A DNA stretch of 63,165 nt, filler included. It is 4 parts of 4 records of this genome, joined end to end, with 100 filler letters (N's around TTAATTAATTAA, not from the genome) between each part and the next. Parts side by side here need not be neighbours in the genome. Positions count along the whole stretch, not along the records: positions 1 to 27,593 come from DRR723986_5611; 3 more parts are not named here. One strand, 5' to 3'. Shown piece after piece: positions 8,611-17,691 of this stretch (the stretch's first letter is position 1; each line of letters begins with the position of its first letter). The notes under the pieces are model-generated. The model was not told where the DNA came from. It made no database searches and saw only the letters and a list, made by a program, of their open reading frames with translations. The position numbers and the translations under genes are program-made.

Positions 8611-9462
8611 GTGGCTGACTTACAAGCACGGTACGGAGTCAGCGAACGCCAGGCGTGTGCGGTCTTGCAGTTTTCTCGGGCGTCTTGTCGATACCAATCA
8701 GTGGCGAGGGATTCATCGGCATTGTCGATGAGGATCCGCGAGATTACTCTCACGCGGCTTCACTACGGTTACCGGCGTGTGCATGTCCAACTCCAACGAG
8801 AGGGCTGGCGTGATAACCACAAGCGGGTTTACCGGCTTTATCGGGACCAGGGATTGTCGCTTCGCCTCAAGCGTCCCAGGCGCAACAAGGCAGCCAAGAA
8901 CCGTCAGCCACTTCAACAAGCCAACCATCCCAATCACATCTGGGGCATGGATTTTGTCTCGGATGCGCTGTTTGATGGCCGCAGGCTACGCCTGCTGACG
9001 ATCATCGACCTTTTCACCCGGGAGTGCCTTGGCATTGTGGTTGGTCAGAGCCTGAAGGGCCACGATGTTCAAGAAGCCCTGACGGCGATTGCACGGTTTC
9101 GAGGTAATCCTGAAGTTCTTAAGACCGATAACGGTTCGGAGTTTGCCGGCAAGGTCATGGATCGCTGGGCCTATGAGCGAAACATCGAAATCGACTTCTC
9201 GCGACCGGGCAAGCCTACCGACAATGCGACGGTAGAGTCCTTCAATGGACGACTCCGGCAGGAGTGTCTGAACGAAAACTGGTTCTTGTCACTGGCCGAC
9301 GCCCGGGAGAAAATCGAAGCATGGAGGGCGTTCTATAACCAAGTCAGACCCCATTCCGCATTGGAGTGGTCCACGCCCTCGGACTACGCAAGGAAACATG
9401 CGGTTTCACGAAGAAAACAGAAGCAACTGGAGCCGGATTTTTCCAACTCTGGGTGGACCTAA
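8611..9462 (+). CDS. IS3 transposase OrfB (DDE), expressed as OrfAB by -1 frameshift
   Basis: WGMDF, TDNGSEF, ESFNGRLRQECLN. Confidence 0.95.
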   Translation: MADLQARYGVSERQACAVLQFSRASCRYQSVARDSSALSMRIREITLTRLHYGYRRVHVQLQREGWRDNHKRVYRLYRDQGLSLRLKRPRRNKAAKNRQPLQQANHPNHIWGMDFVSDALFDGRRLRLLTIIDLFTRECLGIVVGQSLKGHDVQEALTAIARFRGNPEVLKTDNGSEFAGKVMDRWAYERNIEIDFSRPGKPTDNATVESFNGRLRQECLNENWFLSLADAREKIEAWRAFYNQVRPHSALEWSTPSDYARKHAVSRRKQKQLEPDFSNSGWT

Positions 9463-9480
9463 TACGGGGTCAGGGTCACT

Positions 9481-9657
9481 CTAGTGGCAACCGAAATAGA
9501 TCTTTTTCATCTGCGGTGGTGGGGCATTAACGAGCTGACTCTTGCACTGAAGGACGCGGGCTTCCATAACGTTTCGGTTTCGGGCGATTACCGCCCAGGC
9601 AAGCCACTAACCAACGAGGACCTGGTCTTCAGCTTTGAGGCTCAGCGGCCGTTATAA
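9481..9657 (+). pseudogene. C-terminal fragment of a probable SAM-dependent methyltransferase truncated by the IS
   Basis: Manual translation LVATEIDLFHLRWWGINELTLALKDAGFHNVSVSGDY...FSFEAQRPL*, starting at the IS end. Confidence 0.6.
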
Positions 9658-9731
9658 ACCAGCTCTTATGTGTCCCCCGACCAAACCGGCAGCGACGTAG
9701 GCAATTAGTTTTCAATCACCCGCCTTTCCTG

Positions 9732-12056
9732 TTACTCACCTTTCCGCACCACCGGGGGCACAAAAGCCCCCACCGGCATCACCGGCCCGCTATACACTTC
9801 GATATCAACAAGGCAAGACATCGCACTGGGCCCCTGAGCCAAACGTGAGGTTCCCTCATCCCGAGTGAGGACATTGGGATTGCCATGCAAACAGGAGAGA
9901 TCTGCCATTCCCTCAGTGGGTGGGTCATACCAGGCGCCGGTACTCAATTGCAGAACACCCGGGCGAACCTCATCGCTGATCACTGCGGTGCAGAGGCAGG
10001 CACCGCGAGGACTAAACAGACGGACCAGACTTCCGTCGTTTATCCCTCTTTCCGCCGCATCCTGCGGGTGAATCACCACCGGCTCACGGCCGTTGATCTT
10101 CGATGCCCGGCTATAGGAGCCGTGGTCCAGTTGCGAATGCAGTTTGTTCTTTGGTTGGTTTGAAATCAGGTGCAGCCGGTATTTGCCGGCAGTCTGACCG
10201 GCCCACTCGGCCGGCTCCCTCCAGAATGGAAATCCCGGACACTCCTCGTAACCAAAAGCGGCGACCTGCTCTGAGTAGAGTTCGATTTTTCCGCTCGGCG
10301 TCTTCAGCGGATAACGAACCGGATCGTCCCGAAACCGTTTCAGCAAAACTTGGGGTTCCTCCGGTAACGAATTCTCAAACCATCCGCGCGCCACAAACTC
10401 CGGAAACGCTGGCAGATCGATATTGCTGGCTTTGGCTTTCTCGCGGGTCTCATCATAAAGCGCCTGCAGCCAGTCCGACTCATCCCGGTTTTCGGTAAAG
10501 GCACCCTGAACCCCCAAGGCACCGGCCAGTCGCCCGAAAATTTCGTAATCCGTCAGACTCTCGCCAACCGGTTCCCTGGCCTTTTCCATGAAAATCAGAA
10601 AAGGGTCCCGGCTGGACGAGGCAATATCGTTGCGCTCAAGAGATGTGGCCGCGGGCAGAACAATGTCCGCATGCTTGGCCTGAGCATTCCAGCACCATTC
10701 ATGAACGATCACCGTGTCGGGTTTCTGCCAGGCCTGACGCAACCGGTCCAAATCCTGATGATGGTGGAACGGGTTGCCGCCGGCCCAATACACCAGCCGA
10801 ATCTCCGGATACGTTCCCTTCAGGCCGTTGTACTCAAACGTCTCTCCGGGTTTCAGCAGCATGTCTGCAATCCGGGCGACCGGTATAAAGCTTTTTACCG
10901 GGTTGCGCCCCTGGGGCAGCGACGCTCCGGGAATGCCCTGGTAATTGGCGCCGATGGCATTCATGGCACTGTATCCGAAACCGATCCCTCCGCCGGGTGT
11001 GCCCAACTGACCGAGCATCGCCGCCACCGCGATGGCTGCCCAGTAGGGCTGTTCCCCATTATCCTGCCGGGTGAGTGACCAACTCACTGAAATCATGGTC
11101 CGCTTGCGGGCCATCTCACGCGCAAGCTCCCGTATGTCGTCTGCCGACAGGCCGGTGCGCACTGCAGCCCAGTCTGCGGACTTGGGCTGACCATCTGTCG
11201 CACCCAGAAGATACGGGAGGAACCGGTCAAAACCGGTTGTATACCGGGCCAGAAACGCGTGATCCGCCAAGCCTTCCTCGTTCAAGGTATGGGCAATACC
11301 CAGTAACAACGCGACATCACTGCCCGGATAAATCGGACACCACTGAGCCCCAGCCTCTTCAAGAACGTCCGAGCGTATCGGCCCGACATTCACAAACTTC
11401 AGGCCATTCGCCGCGGCCGCCAGCATTCCTTGCTTCTGAACATGGCGCCCGACGCCGCCATTGGTCACCTGCCCATTTCGGACCGGCACCCCTCCAAAGG
11501 CCATAAACAGCTCACAGTGTTCCTTAAGAACGTCCCAACTGGTGGCACCATTGACCATGGAGTAAAAGTCGCCGAGAACATACGGCAACGTGACTTCCGC
11601 CGCCGCATAACTGTAGGTGTTGACCGAGTATGTGAACCCGCCAATGGTATTGAGGAAACGCTTTAACTGACTTTGTGCATGGTGGAACCGCCCGGCACTG
11701 GACCAACCGTAGGAGCCTCCGTAGATGGCCTCATTGCCATACTGACTCCGAACCCGGTCAAGCTCACCGCTCACAAGTTCAATCGCCCGGGGCCAGGACA
11801 CCTCGACAAATTCATCCTGCCCACGCGATCCTTCGGCGCCACCCGGGCCACGTTCAAGCCACCCCTTGCGGACCATCGGCCGGGTAATTCGCAACGGACC
11901 TTCCAGAACATCCACGATACCCTGACCAATCGGGGAGGGATCAGGATCCAACTCAAATCCTTCCAGCGCAGTAACGGCTCCGTTGTGGGTGTGAACCCGG
12001 TAGGTGCCCCAATGGCTGCTGGTGAGTGTACCTTTGACTGGACGTGCAGAGTTCAT
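9732..12056 (-). CDS. Mo-bisPGD S/N-oxide reductase, BisC/TorZ/DorA-like, cytoplasmic
   Basis: SSHWG, GGSYGW, TYS (Ser ligand region), GGNPFHHHQD, LHSQLD; no twin-Arg signal and no Fe-S motif; CAGGAG RBS. Confidence 0.9.
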   Translation of the reverse strand: MNSARPVKGTLTSSHWGTYRVHTHNGAVTALEGFELDPDPSPIGQGIVDVLEGPLRITRPMVRKGWLERGPGGAEGSRGQDEFVEVSWPRAIELVSGELDRVRSQYGNEAIYGGSYGWSSAGRFHHAQSQLKRFLNTIGGFTYSVNTYSYAAAEVTLPYVLGDFYSMVNGATSWDVLKEHCELFMAFGGVPVRNGQVTNGGVGRHVQKQGMLAAAANGLKFVNVGPIRSDVLEEAGAQWCPIYPGSDVALLLGIAHTLNEEGLADHAFLARYTTGFDRFLPYLLGATDGQPKSADWAAVRTGLSADDIRELAREMARKRTMISVSWSLTRQDNGEQPYWAAIAVAAMLGQLGTPGGGIGFGYSAMNAIGANYQGIPGASLPQGRNPVKSFIPVARIADMLLKPGETFEYNGLKGTYPEIRLVYWAGGNPFHHHQDLDRLRQAWQKPDTVIVHEWCWNAQAKHADIVLPAATSLERNDIASSSRDPFLIFMEKAREPVGESLTDYEIFGRLAGALGVQGAFTENRDESDWLQALYDETREKAKASNIDLPAFPEFVARGWFENSLPEEPQVLLKRFRDDPVRYPLKTPSGKIELYSEQVAAFGYEECPGFPFWREPAEWAGQTAGKYRLHLISNQPKNKLHSQLDHGSYSRASKINGREPVVIHPQDAAERGINDGSLVRLFSPRGACLCTAVISDEVRPGVLQLSTGAWYDPPTEGMADLSCLHGNPNVLTRDEGTSRLAQGPSAMSCLVDIEVYSGPVMPVGAFVPPVVRKGE

Positions 12057-12127
12057 GCTCATGCTCCTGTTTTTGTTGTACAGGCATGAAAGCACAAACG
12101 TTGACCAATGACAAATACCTGGATATG

Positions 12128-12766
12128 CTAACCGAAATCGAGGGTTTTTACCTGGCCCAGACCAATCGCGACCTGAACCAGCTCGGCGAACGAGTCCACC
12201 TGCATTTTGGCCATCATATTGGCCCGATGGCCCTCAACCGTCTTGCGATTAATGCCAAGTTCGTCCGCGGCTTCCTGGTTGGAGAAACCCTTGACGATCA
12301 ATTCCAGAACCTGGCGCTCTCGGCGGGTGAGACTGTCGTAACGCTCCCGGATCCGTGCCTGTGAATTCCGGCGGGCAAACCTTGCACGGTCTTTTTCGAG
12401 AGCATTGTGAACGTGATCGATCAGAACCTGATCGTCGAAAGGTTTCTCTATGAAGGTGAGAGCGCCTTGGGTCAGCGCCCTGACGGCCATGTCAACATTC
12501 CCATGGGCGGAAATCATGATCACAGGCAGCTCAATATTGTGTTCCGGCAGTTTTTTCTGGGCATTGATACCGCTCAGGCCGGGCATACGCACGTCCATGA
12601 CGATACAACCACTTTGCTGCTCATCGAACGCGTCAAAAAACGTCAGCGCATCCTCGAAAGTTCGGACCTTAAGCCCGACGGACTCCAGCAACCACTGCAG
12701 AGAATCACGGACATCAGCATCGTCGTCGATCACGAAAACCGTTTGAGCTTCGTTATTGGAGGTCAT
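12128..12766 (-). CDS. FixJ/TodT-like response regulator (REC + LuxR HTH)
   Basis: IDDD, MDVRMPG, LTRRERQVL..TVEGHRANMMAK. Confidence 0.93.
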   Translation of the reverse strand: MTSNNEAQTVFVIDDDADVRDSLQWLLESVGLKVRTFEDALTFFDAFDEQQSGCIVMDVRMPGLSGINAQKKLPEHNIELPVIMISAHGNVDMAVRALTQGALTFIEKPFDDQVLIDHVHNALEKDRARFARRNSQARIRERYDSLTRRERQVLELIVKGFSNQEAADELGINRKTVEGHRANMMAKMQVDSFAELVQVAIGLGQVKTLDFG

Positions 12767-12773
12767 GAGTTGT

Positions 12774-14297
12774 TCAATCGGCAGTATTCAATGTGAATGA
12801 AAAGCACGCGCCACCCTCTGAGAGGTTTGTCGCCCACAGCTCGCCCCCCAGATTCTCTACCAATGAGCGACTGATGGCCAGCCCCATACCCAGTCCGGAC
12901 TGTTTGGTGGAGAAAAAACGGTCGAACAGTCGGGACATATCGTCATCTGATATACCAGGCCCTTCATCTGACACACTGACCCGAATCTGATCAGCATCCT
13001 GCACGGCGACACGTACCCGAACCGTTCTTGGTTCGGTTTCCGCTTCTGGGCTTTCACTTGCCTCAATCGCGTTCACGATAAGGTTCAACAGTACCTGCTC
13101 CAGCTGAATTCTGTCACCAAGAACCGGCGGCAATCGATCGGGGATATCGGTTACCACGCGGACATGACTACGGTCCGCCATGGACTCACAGAACTCAATC
13201 ATATCGTTGATTAGCTCGGGTAGAGCCAGCGATGTAATGACAGGCTCCTGTTTGCGGGTAAAATCCATCATCCGATGAATGATCTCTCCTGCCCTCAAGG
13301 CGGTTCGTATACTTCGAGTGATAGGTAGCTCAACATCACCCCAGGCAATACTGTCATTGCCTGCGAAACGACGCTCGATACCCCGCAGGTAGTTCACCAT
13401 CGCAGATAGCGGCTGGTTGAGTTCATGGGCAAGGCTGGAGGCAAGCTCGCCCATGGTCACAAGACGGCTGGCATGGTCAATGTCTGCGCGGTACTGCTTC
13501 AACTGTTCCTCGGCCGCTTTTTTATCGGTTAGGTCATGCGCAACGATTGAGAAGTATTCGATGTCACCATGTAATGATCGGTGCGCAAGCAGTTCAAGAA
13601 GCACGGGAATCCGGCCCCCCCTCAGACTGCGCATCATCACTTCACCCCGCCAATGCCCCGTGCTCCGTGCTACCGGAAACCCTTCACCTTCTATCAGGCG
13701 CTGACCCTTATCTGTCAAAAACCGAGTCACCTCAAACGACGTATAGTCGATCTGTTCCAACCCCAACGCCCTTCGAGCCGCCTCATTCAGGTGGGACACG
13801 GTCTGGTCCAGGTTCACGAACACCACAAGATCCTGAGTACTCTCGAGCACCCTCGCTAACCTTCGGTTCGCCTTGTCAGCCTTGATTCTGTGTGTGGCAT
13901 CCCGGGAAACAACCAGAATCTCCCGGATGTCGTTGGTGTCGGGATCCCTGATCGTCCGGCTGGTGCTTTCCAGCCATATGTAGTGCCCGTCCTTGCAACG
14001 GAATCGGTAGGTATGGGTATATAGACCCCGGTCATAAGTGACCGTTGGTGCGCGAAGCCGGAAGTCCTCGACATCATCAGGATGGTAAAGGTCGTAAGCT
14101 GACATACCGACAATTTCTTCAACGCTATAACCCAGCAAATGGGTAACGGCGGGTGAAGCATAGATGAACCGCCAGTCATCCGGGGTGTGGCGGGAAATCA
14201 TGTCGGTCGATTGCTCCGCCATCTCCGCCAGCAACCGGTTCCTTTCTGCATCATCAGTCAGTGCAGAGAAACCCTCTTCCGGGGTGCGGGTTTTCAT
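12774..14297 (-). CDS. Cytoplasmic PAS-PAS sensor histidine kinase (FixL-like)
   Basis: Two PAS domains; AHELNQPL H-box; N, G1 and G2 boxes; no TM segments. Confidence 0.93.
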   Translation of the reverse strand: MKTRTPEEGFSALTDDAERNRLLAEMAEQSTDMISRHTPDDWRFIYASPAVTHLLGYSVEEIVGMSAYDLYHPDDVEDFRLRAPTVTYDRGLYTHTYRFRCKDGHYIWLESTSRTIRDPDTNDIREILVVSRDATHRIKADKANRRLARVLESTQDLVVFVNLDQTVSHLNEAARRALGLEQIDYTSFEVTRFLTDKGQRLIEGEGFPVARSTGHWRGEVMMRSLRGGRIPVLLELLAHRSLHGDIEYFSIVAHDLTDKKAAEEQLKQYRADIDHASRLVTMGELASSLAHELNQPLSAMVNYLRGIERRFAGNDSIAWGDVELPITRSIRTALRAGEIIHRMMDFTRKQEPVITSLALPELINDMIEFCESMADRSHVRVVTDIPDRLPPVLGDRIQLEQVLLNLIVNAIEASESPEAETEPRTVRVRVAVQDADQIRVSVSDEGPGISDDDMSRLFDRFFSTKQSGLGMGLAISRSLVENLGGELWATNLSEGGACFSFTLNTAD

Positions 14298-14393
14298 GTG
14301 CGGGAACTCTCCGGGATCTGGTAGTTTTTTTCAGCCTTCGTGCACTGTGGGTATCCGGGGCCATGACCGCGCAAGTCACAGCCCCCTAGCATA

Positions 14394-14939
14394 CTACCTC
14401 AGGAATTCCTTGCTGAAAGTTCTGAACTCGGCGGCATCGGAACCACGAAGCCATTCAAAACCCACCATTTCCCGAGTAACCAACTGAGCACCCGCACGCT
14501 CGACGCGCCGCAGAGCAATCTCGGTGTCCAGAGGGTTACGGGCAGAGATAGCATCTGCCACAACAAAAACCTCTAACCCTTTATCAAGCATGCTCAACAC
14601 AGACTGTACAACACAGGCATGGGACTCCATTCCACATAGAACAACCTGCTGCCGGTCGTGGGCATTAAATGCCGCTTCAAAACCTGAATCATCGATGCAG
14701 GAGAACAGTGTTTTACCATGCAGATTGGCTTCGCCAACCAGGTCGCGCAGTGCCTCTTCGGTGTGTCCCAAACCATCCGGGTATTGCTCTGAGCCAATAA
14801 CCGGCACATCCATCAGATGCGCCAGCCGAACCAGCCATCTACAGTTGTCCACCAGTTGGTCGTGTTCGTGAACACCTGGCAATAAACGGGCCTGAACATC
14901 AACGACGGTAACGATCGATTTGTTTTTGCTCAACAACAT
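14394..14939 (-). CDS. Isochorismatase-family cysteine hydrolase
   Basis: VDVQ, SEQYPDGLG, KTLFS, GMESHACV (Asp-Lys-Cys triad). Confidence 0.9.
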   Translation of the reverse strand: MLLSKNKSIVTVVDVQARLLPGVHEHDQLVDNCRWLVRLAHLMDVPVIGSEQYPDGLGHTEEALRDLVGEANLHGKTLFSCIDDSGFEAAFNAHDRQQVVLCGMESHACVVQSVLSMLDKGLEVFVVADAISARNPLDTEIALRRVERAGAQLVTREMVGFEWLRGSDAAEFRTFSKEFLR

Positions 14940-14952
14940 AGTTCACTCCTGT

Positions 14953-15384
14953 TTATGCCGGACGACGGTCGACCATATTCGTTGCAACGCCTTCGGCCAC
15001 CACGGTATCGCCAACCTTGCAGACTGTTTCAAGCTTGACCCGACGCCGCTCCTCATTGATTTCGATGACTTTTGCAGAAGCGATAACGGTATCGCCAATG
15101 TGTACTGGCGCCTTGAAGCGGATTTGTTGATCGATATAGATCGCGCCCGGTCCAGGCAACCTGGTACCAAGTACCGCGGAGATCAGTGCGGCACTGAACA
15201 TGCCATGAACGATGCGTTCCTTGAATGGCGTGGTCTTGGCGTACTCGTCATTAATGTGGACCGGGTTATCGTCACCACTGATACCGGCAAAAAGCACAAC
15301 ATCAGCATCAGTGATGGTCTTGGCGTAGCACGCTTCCATGCCGATTTCGAGATCTTCCAGATAGTAACCATGTAACTCTTGCAT
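14953..15384 (-). CDS. phaJ: MaoC/PhaJ-type (R)-specific enoyl-CoA hydratase
   Basis: FAGISGDDNPVH and IVHGM hydratase-2 motifs; AGGAG RBS. Confidence 0.85.
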   Translation of the reverse strand: MQELHGYYLEDLEIGMEACYAKTITDADVVLFAGISGDDNPVHINDEYAKTTPFKERIVHGMFSAALISAVLGTRLPGPGAIYIDQQIRFKAPVHIGDTVIASAKVIEINEERRRVKLETVCKVGDTVVAEGVATNMVDRRPA

Positions 15385-15434
15385 TGTAACTCTCCTAAGA
15401 TTAATCCATGAGCCTGTTACACTAATGGTTTGCA

Positions 15435-15470
15435 ATCGATAAACCAAGTATTTTTACTTGGTTTTTTCGA
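15435..15470. promoter_or_regulatory. Palindromic operator in the divergent phaJ/mcd promoter
   Basis: Perfect IR AAACCAAGTA-TTTT-TACTTGGTTT at 15441-15464; both halves extend toward TCGA. Confidence 0.65.
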
Positions 15471-15535
15471 ATCCCTCTGATAGCCTTCTGCTCAACAACA
15501 AAGACAACACCGCTTTGCAGAAGAGGAAACGCGGT

Positions 15536-16903
15536 ATGCAAACTCAACCTGTGAATATCTTTGAAAGAGCCTTCAAAAAGCTGGTGCCGGGAGGGCTGGA
15601 CTCAGGCATTCGCCGCGAATCTGACGTGATGAGTATTTCCGAGGAGCTCAATGATTCGGACATCACAACGGTGAAGGAATGGATCAATAACTGCCTTTCC
15701 GAAAATGGTGGTCAGGTAGAAGCAAGAAATCGGGCCGCGCTGCTCGGTCGGGCCTATCTCAAACTATCTCGGACGGGTAAGGTTCGATTTCTCGGTCTCC
15801 TCGCGGAAGAATATGGTGTCAACGAAGGCGTGGTAGAGACCTCTATTGCGGAATGGCACAGCGCGCCAGCCTCAAAGAAAACGGAAAAAGCGCAAACACT
15901 GCGCAAGGCGCTTGAGCCAAGCCGAACAACGCTTCTGAAGCAATTTAACGGAGTACCATCCGGCGTAAAGTTCCTGGTCGATATGCGAGAGGAACTACTC
16001 GCGTTCTGCAAGGACTACCCATCGCTTAAACCCCTCGAGACCGACCTTCGAGACTTGCTGGCAACCTGGTTTGATGTAGGTCTTCTTCAGTTGGAAGAAA
16101 TCAGCTGGAACTCAAGTGCGGCAATCCTTGAAAAGCTGATCGCTTACGAAGCCGTCCATGCGATCAAAAGCTGGAGCGATTTGAAAAATCGACTTGACTC
16201 AGACCGGCGCTGTTTCGCCTTCATTCATCCCAATATGCCGGAAGAGCCATTGATCTTTGTAGAGGTCGCTCTGGTAAACGGGCTTGCAGGGAATGTGCAG
16301 AAACTGCTTGATGAAGATGCTCCAACGCAGGAGATCGAAACAGCCGATACTGCGATTTTCTACTCCATCTCCAATGCGCAAAAGGGTCTGGCAGGCATCA
16401 GTTTTGGTAATTTCCTGATCAAGCAAGTGGTCAAAAAGCTCAGTGACGAATTCCCTCAGCTTAAACAGTTCGCAACCCTCTCTCCTATCCCCGGGTTTGC
16501 AAAGTGGCTTGAGAGCTGCGCTCCGGCAACTTTATGCAACCTTCCGGGAGGTGAAGATTGGCTGAGCCTGCCGCCACCGAGGGTGCCTTCAATTATAGAA
16601 GCCAACGATTCTCTCCAGACGAAGCAAGATGCACTTATCAAGCTGGCAGCTTCATATCTGTGCCTCTGCCAAAAGAGCTCCAAGCGTGCGATGGATCCGG
16701 TTGCCCACTTCCACTTGAGTAACGGTGCCCAGGTTGCGCGGATCAACTGGATGGCAGATACGTCGAGAAAGGGATTGGAACAGTCGGGCGGGCTGATGGT
16801 GAATTACGTTTATGAACTCCCGCGAATTGAATCCCGAAGCCAACAGTACATTTCTGAAGGCGTGATATCGAAGTCGTCCTCTGTAAAGAAACTACTCAAG
16901 TAA
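15536..16903 (+). CDS. Malonyl-CoA decarboxylase
   Basis: YEAVH, DRRCFAF.HP.MP.EPLIFVEVAL, FYSISN, GISFGNFLIK, TLSPIPGF, DPVAHFHLSNGA. Confidence 0.93.
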   Translation: MQTQPVNIFERAFKKLVPGGLDSGIRRESDVMSISEELNDSDITTVKEWINNCLSENGGQVEARNRAALLGRAYLKLSRTGKVRFLGLLAEEYGVNEGVVETSIAEWHSAPASKKTEKAQTLRKALEPSRTTLLKQFNGVPSGVKFLVDMREELLAFCKDYPSLKPLETDLRDLLATWFDVGLLQLEEISWNSSAAILEKLIAYEAVHAIKSWSDLKNRLDSDRRCFAFIHPNMPEEPLIFVEVALVNGLAGNVQKLLDEDAPTQEIETADTAIFYSISNAQKGLAGISFGNFLIKQVVKKLSDEFPQLKQFATLSPIPGFAKWLESCAPATLCNLPGGEDWLSLPPPRVPSIIEANDSLQTKQDALIKLAASYLCLCQKSSKRAMDPVAHFHLSNGAQVARINWMADTSRKGLEQSGGLMVNYVYELPRIESRSQQYISEGVISKSSSVKKLLK

Positions 16904-16930
16904 CCCCCAAAAAAGTGAAAGGAGAGTCCC

Positions 16931-17680
16931 ATGACTAATCGAATTGCTGTTGTAACCGGAGCCACAGGCGGTCTAGGCACAAGCATGTGCAAGGCGCTGG
17001 CAAATCAGGGGCGATCCGTCGTCGCCTCACATCTGCCGGATCAAAAGTCGACAGATGAAGCTCTGACATGGCAAGAGATGATGCGCAAAGACGGTGTCGA
17101 AGTTGCCGTCTACCCACTCGATGTCACGAGCTTCGAAGACTGCCAGTCTTTTATTTCTCTTGTGGAAGATAACCATGGTCCGGTTGATATTCTCGTTAAC
17201 AACGCGGGAATTACCAATGATGCGCCGCTCAAGAAGATGCAGCCAGAGCAGTGGAATCAGGTAATCAACGTAAACCTCAACTCAATGTTTAACATGTGCC
17301 GGCAAGTATTTGAGGGAATGTGTGAGCGTGGCTTCGGTCGCATCGTTAATATTTCATCCCTGAACGGCGAGAAGGGGCAATTTGGGCAGTCAAATTATGC
17401 CGCGACAAAAGCCGGGATTTATGGATTCACCAAGTCCATTGCCCTTGAGGGCGCTCGAAAGGGGGTCACGGCCAACTCCGTTTCTCCCGGCTACATCGAT
17501 ACACCAATGGTTCGAAAAGTACCCGAAAAGGTTCTCCACAGCATTATTGAAGGCATCCCCGTCGGTCGGCTGGGTAAGCCGGACGATATCGCAAGAGCCG
17601 TTGTATTTTTGACTGCAGACGATGCCGGTTTCGTAACGGGCACGAACCTGTCAGTCAACGGCGGCCAGTACATGAGCTAA
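16931..17680 (+). CDS. phaB: Acetoacetyl-CoA reductase-like SDR
   Basis: TGATGGLG, NNAGIT.D, NGEKGQFGQSNYAATK, PGYIDT. Confidence 0.88.
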   Translation: MTNRIAVVTGATGGLGTSMCKALANQGRSVVASHLPDQKSTDEALTWQEMMRKDGVEVAVYPLDVTSFEDCQSFISLVEDNHGPVDILVNNAGITNDAPLKKMQPEQWNQVINVNLNSMFNMCRQVFEGMCERGFGRIVNISSLNGEKGQFGQSNYAATKAGIYGFTKSIALEGARKGVTANSVSPGYIDTPMVRKVPEKVLHSIIEGIPVGRLGKPDDIARAVVFLTADDAGFVTGTNLSVNGGQYMS

Positions 17681-17691
17681 GGGAGCGGACA

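Larger units (their letters stand above)
8244..9478 (+). mobile_element. IS3-family insertion sequence (IS407-like group), about 1235 bp
   Basis: Terminal IRs TGACCCTACCCCAGAATTTAGGTCCA / TGGACCTAATACGGGGTCAGGGTCA (TG...CA); orfA and orfB; A6G slippery site at 8575-8581. Confidence 0.95.

Noticed and set aside
14953-17680. phaJ + phaB read as a PHA biosynthesis locus
   Set aside because: No phaC, phaA, phasin or phaR nearby; the context is catabolic, although feeding PHA synthesis in trans cannot be excluded.
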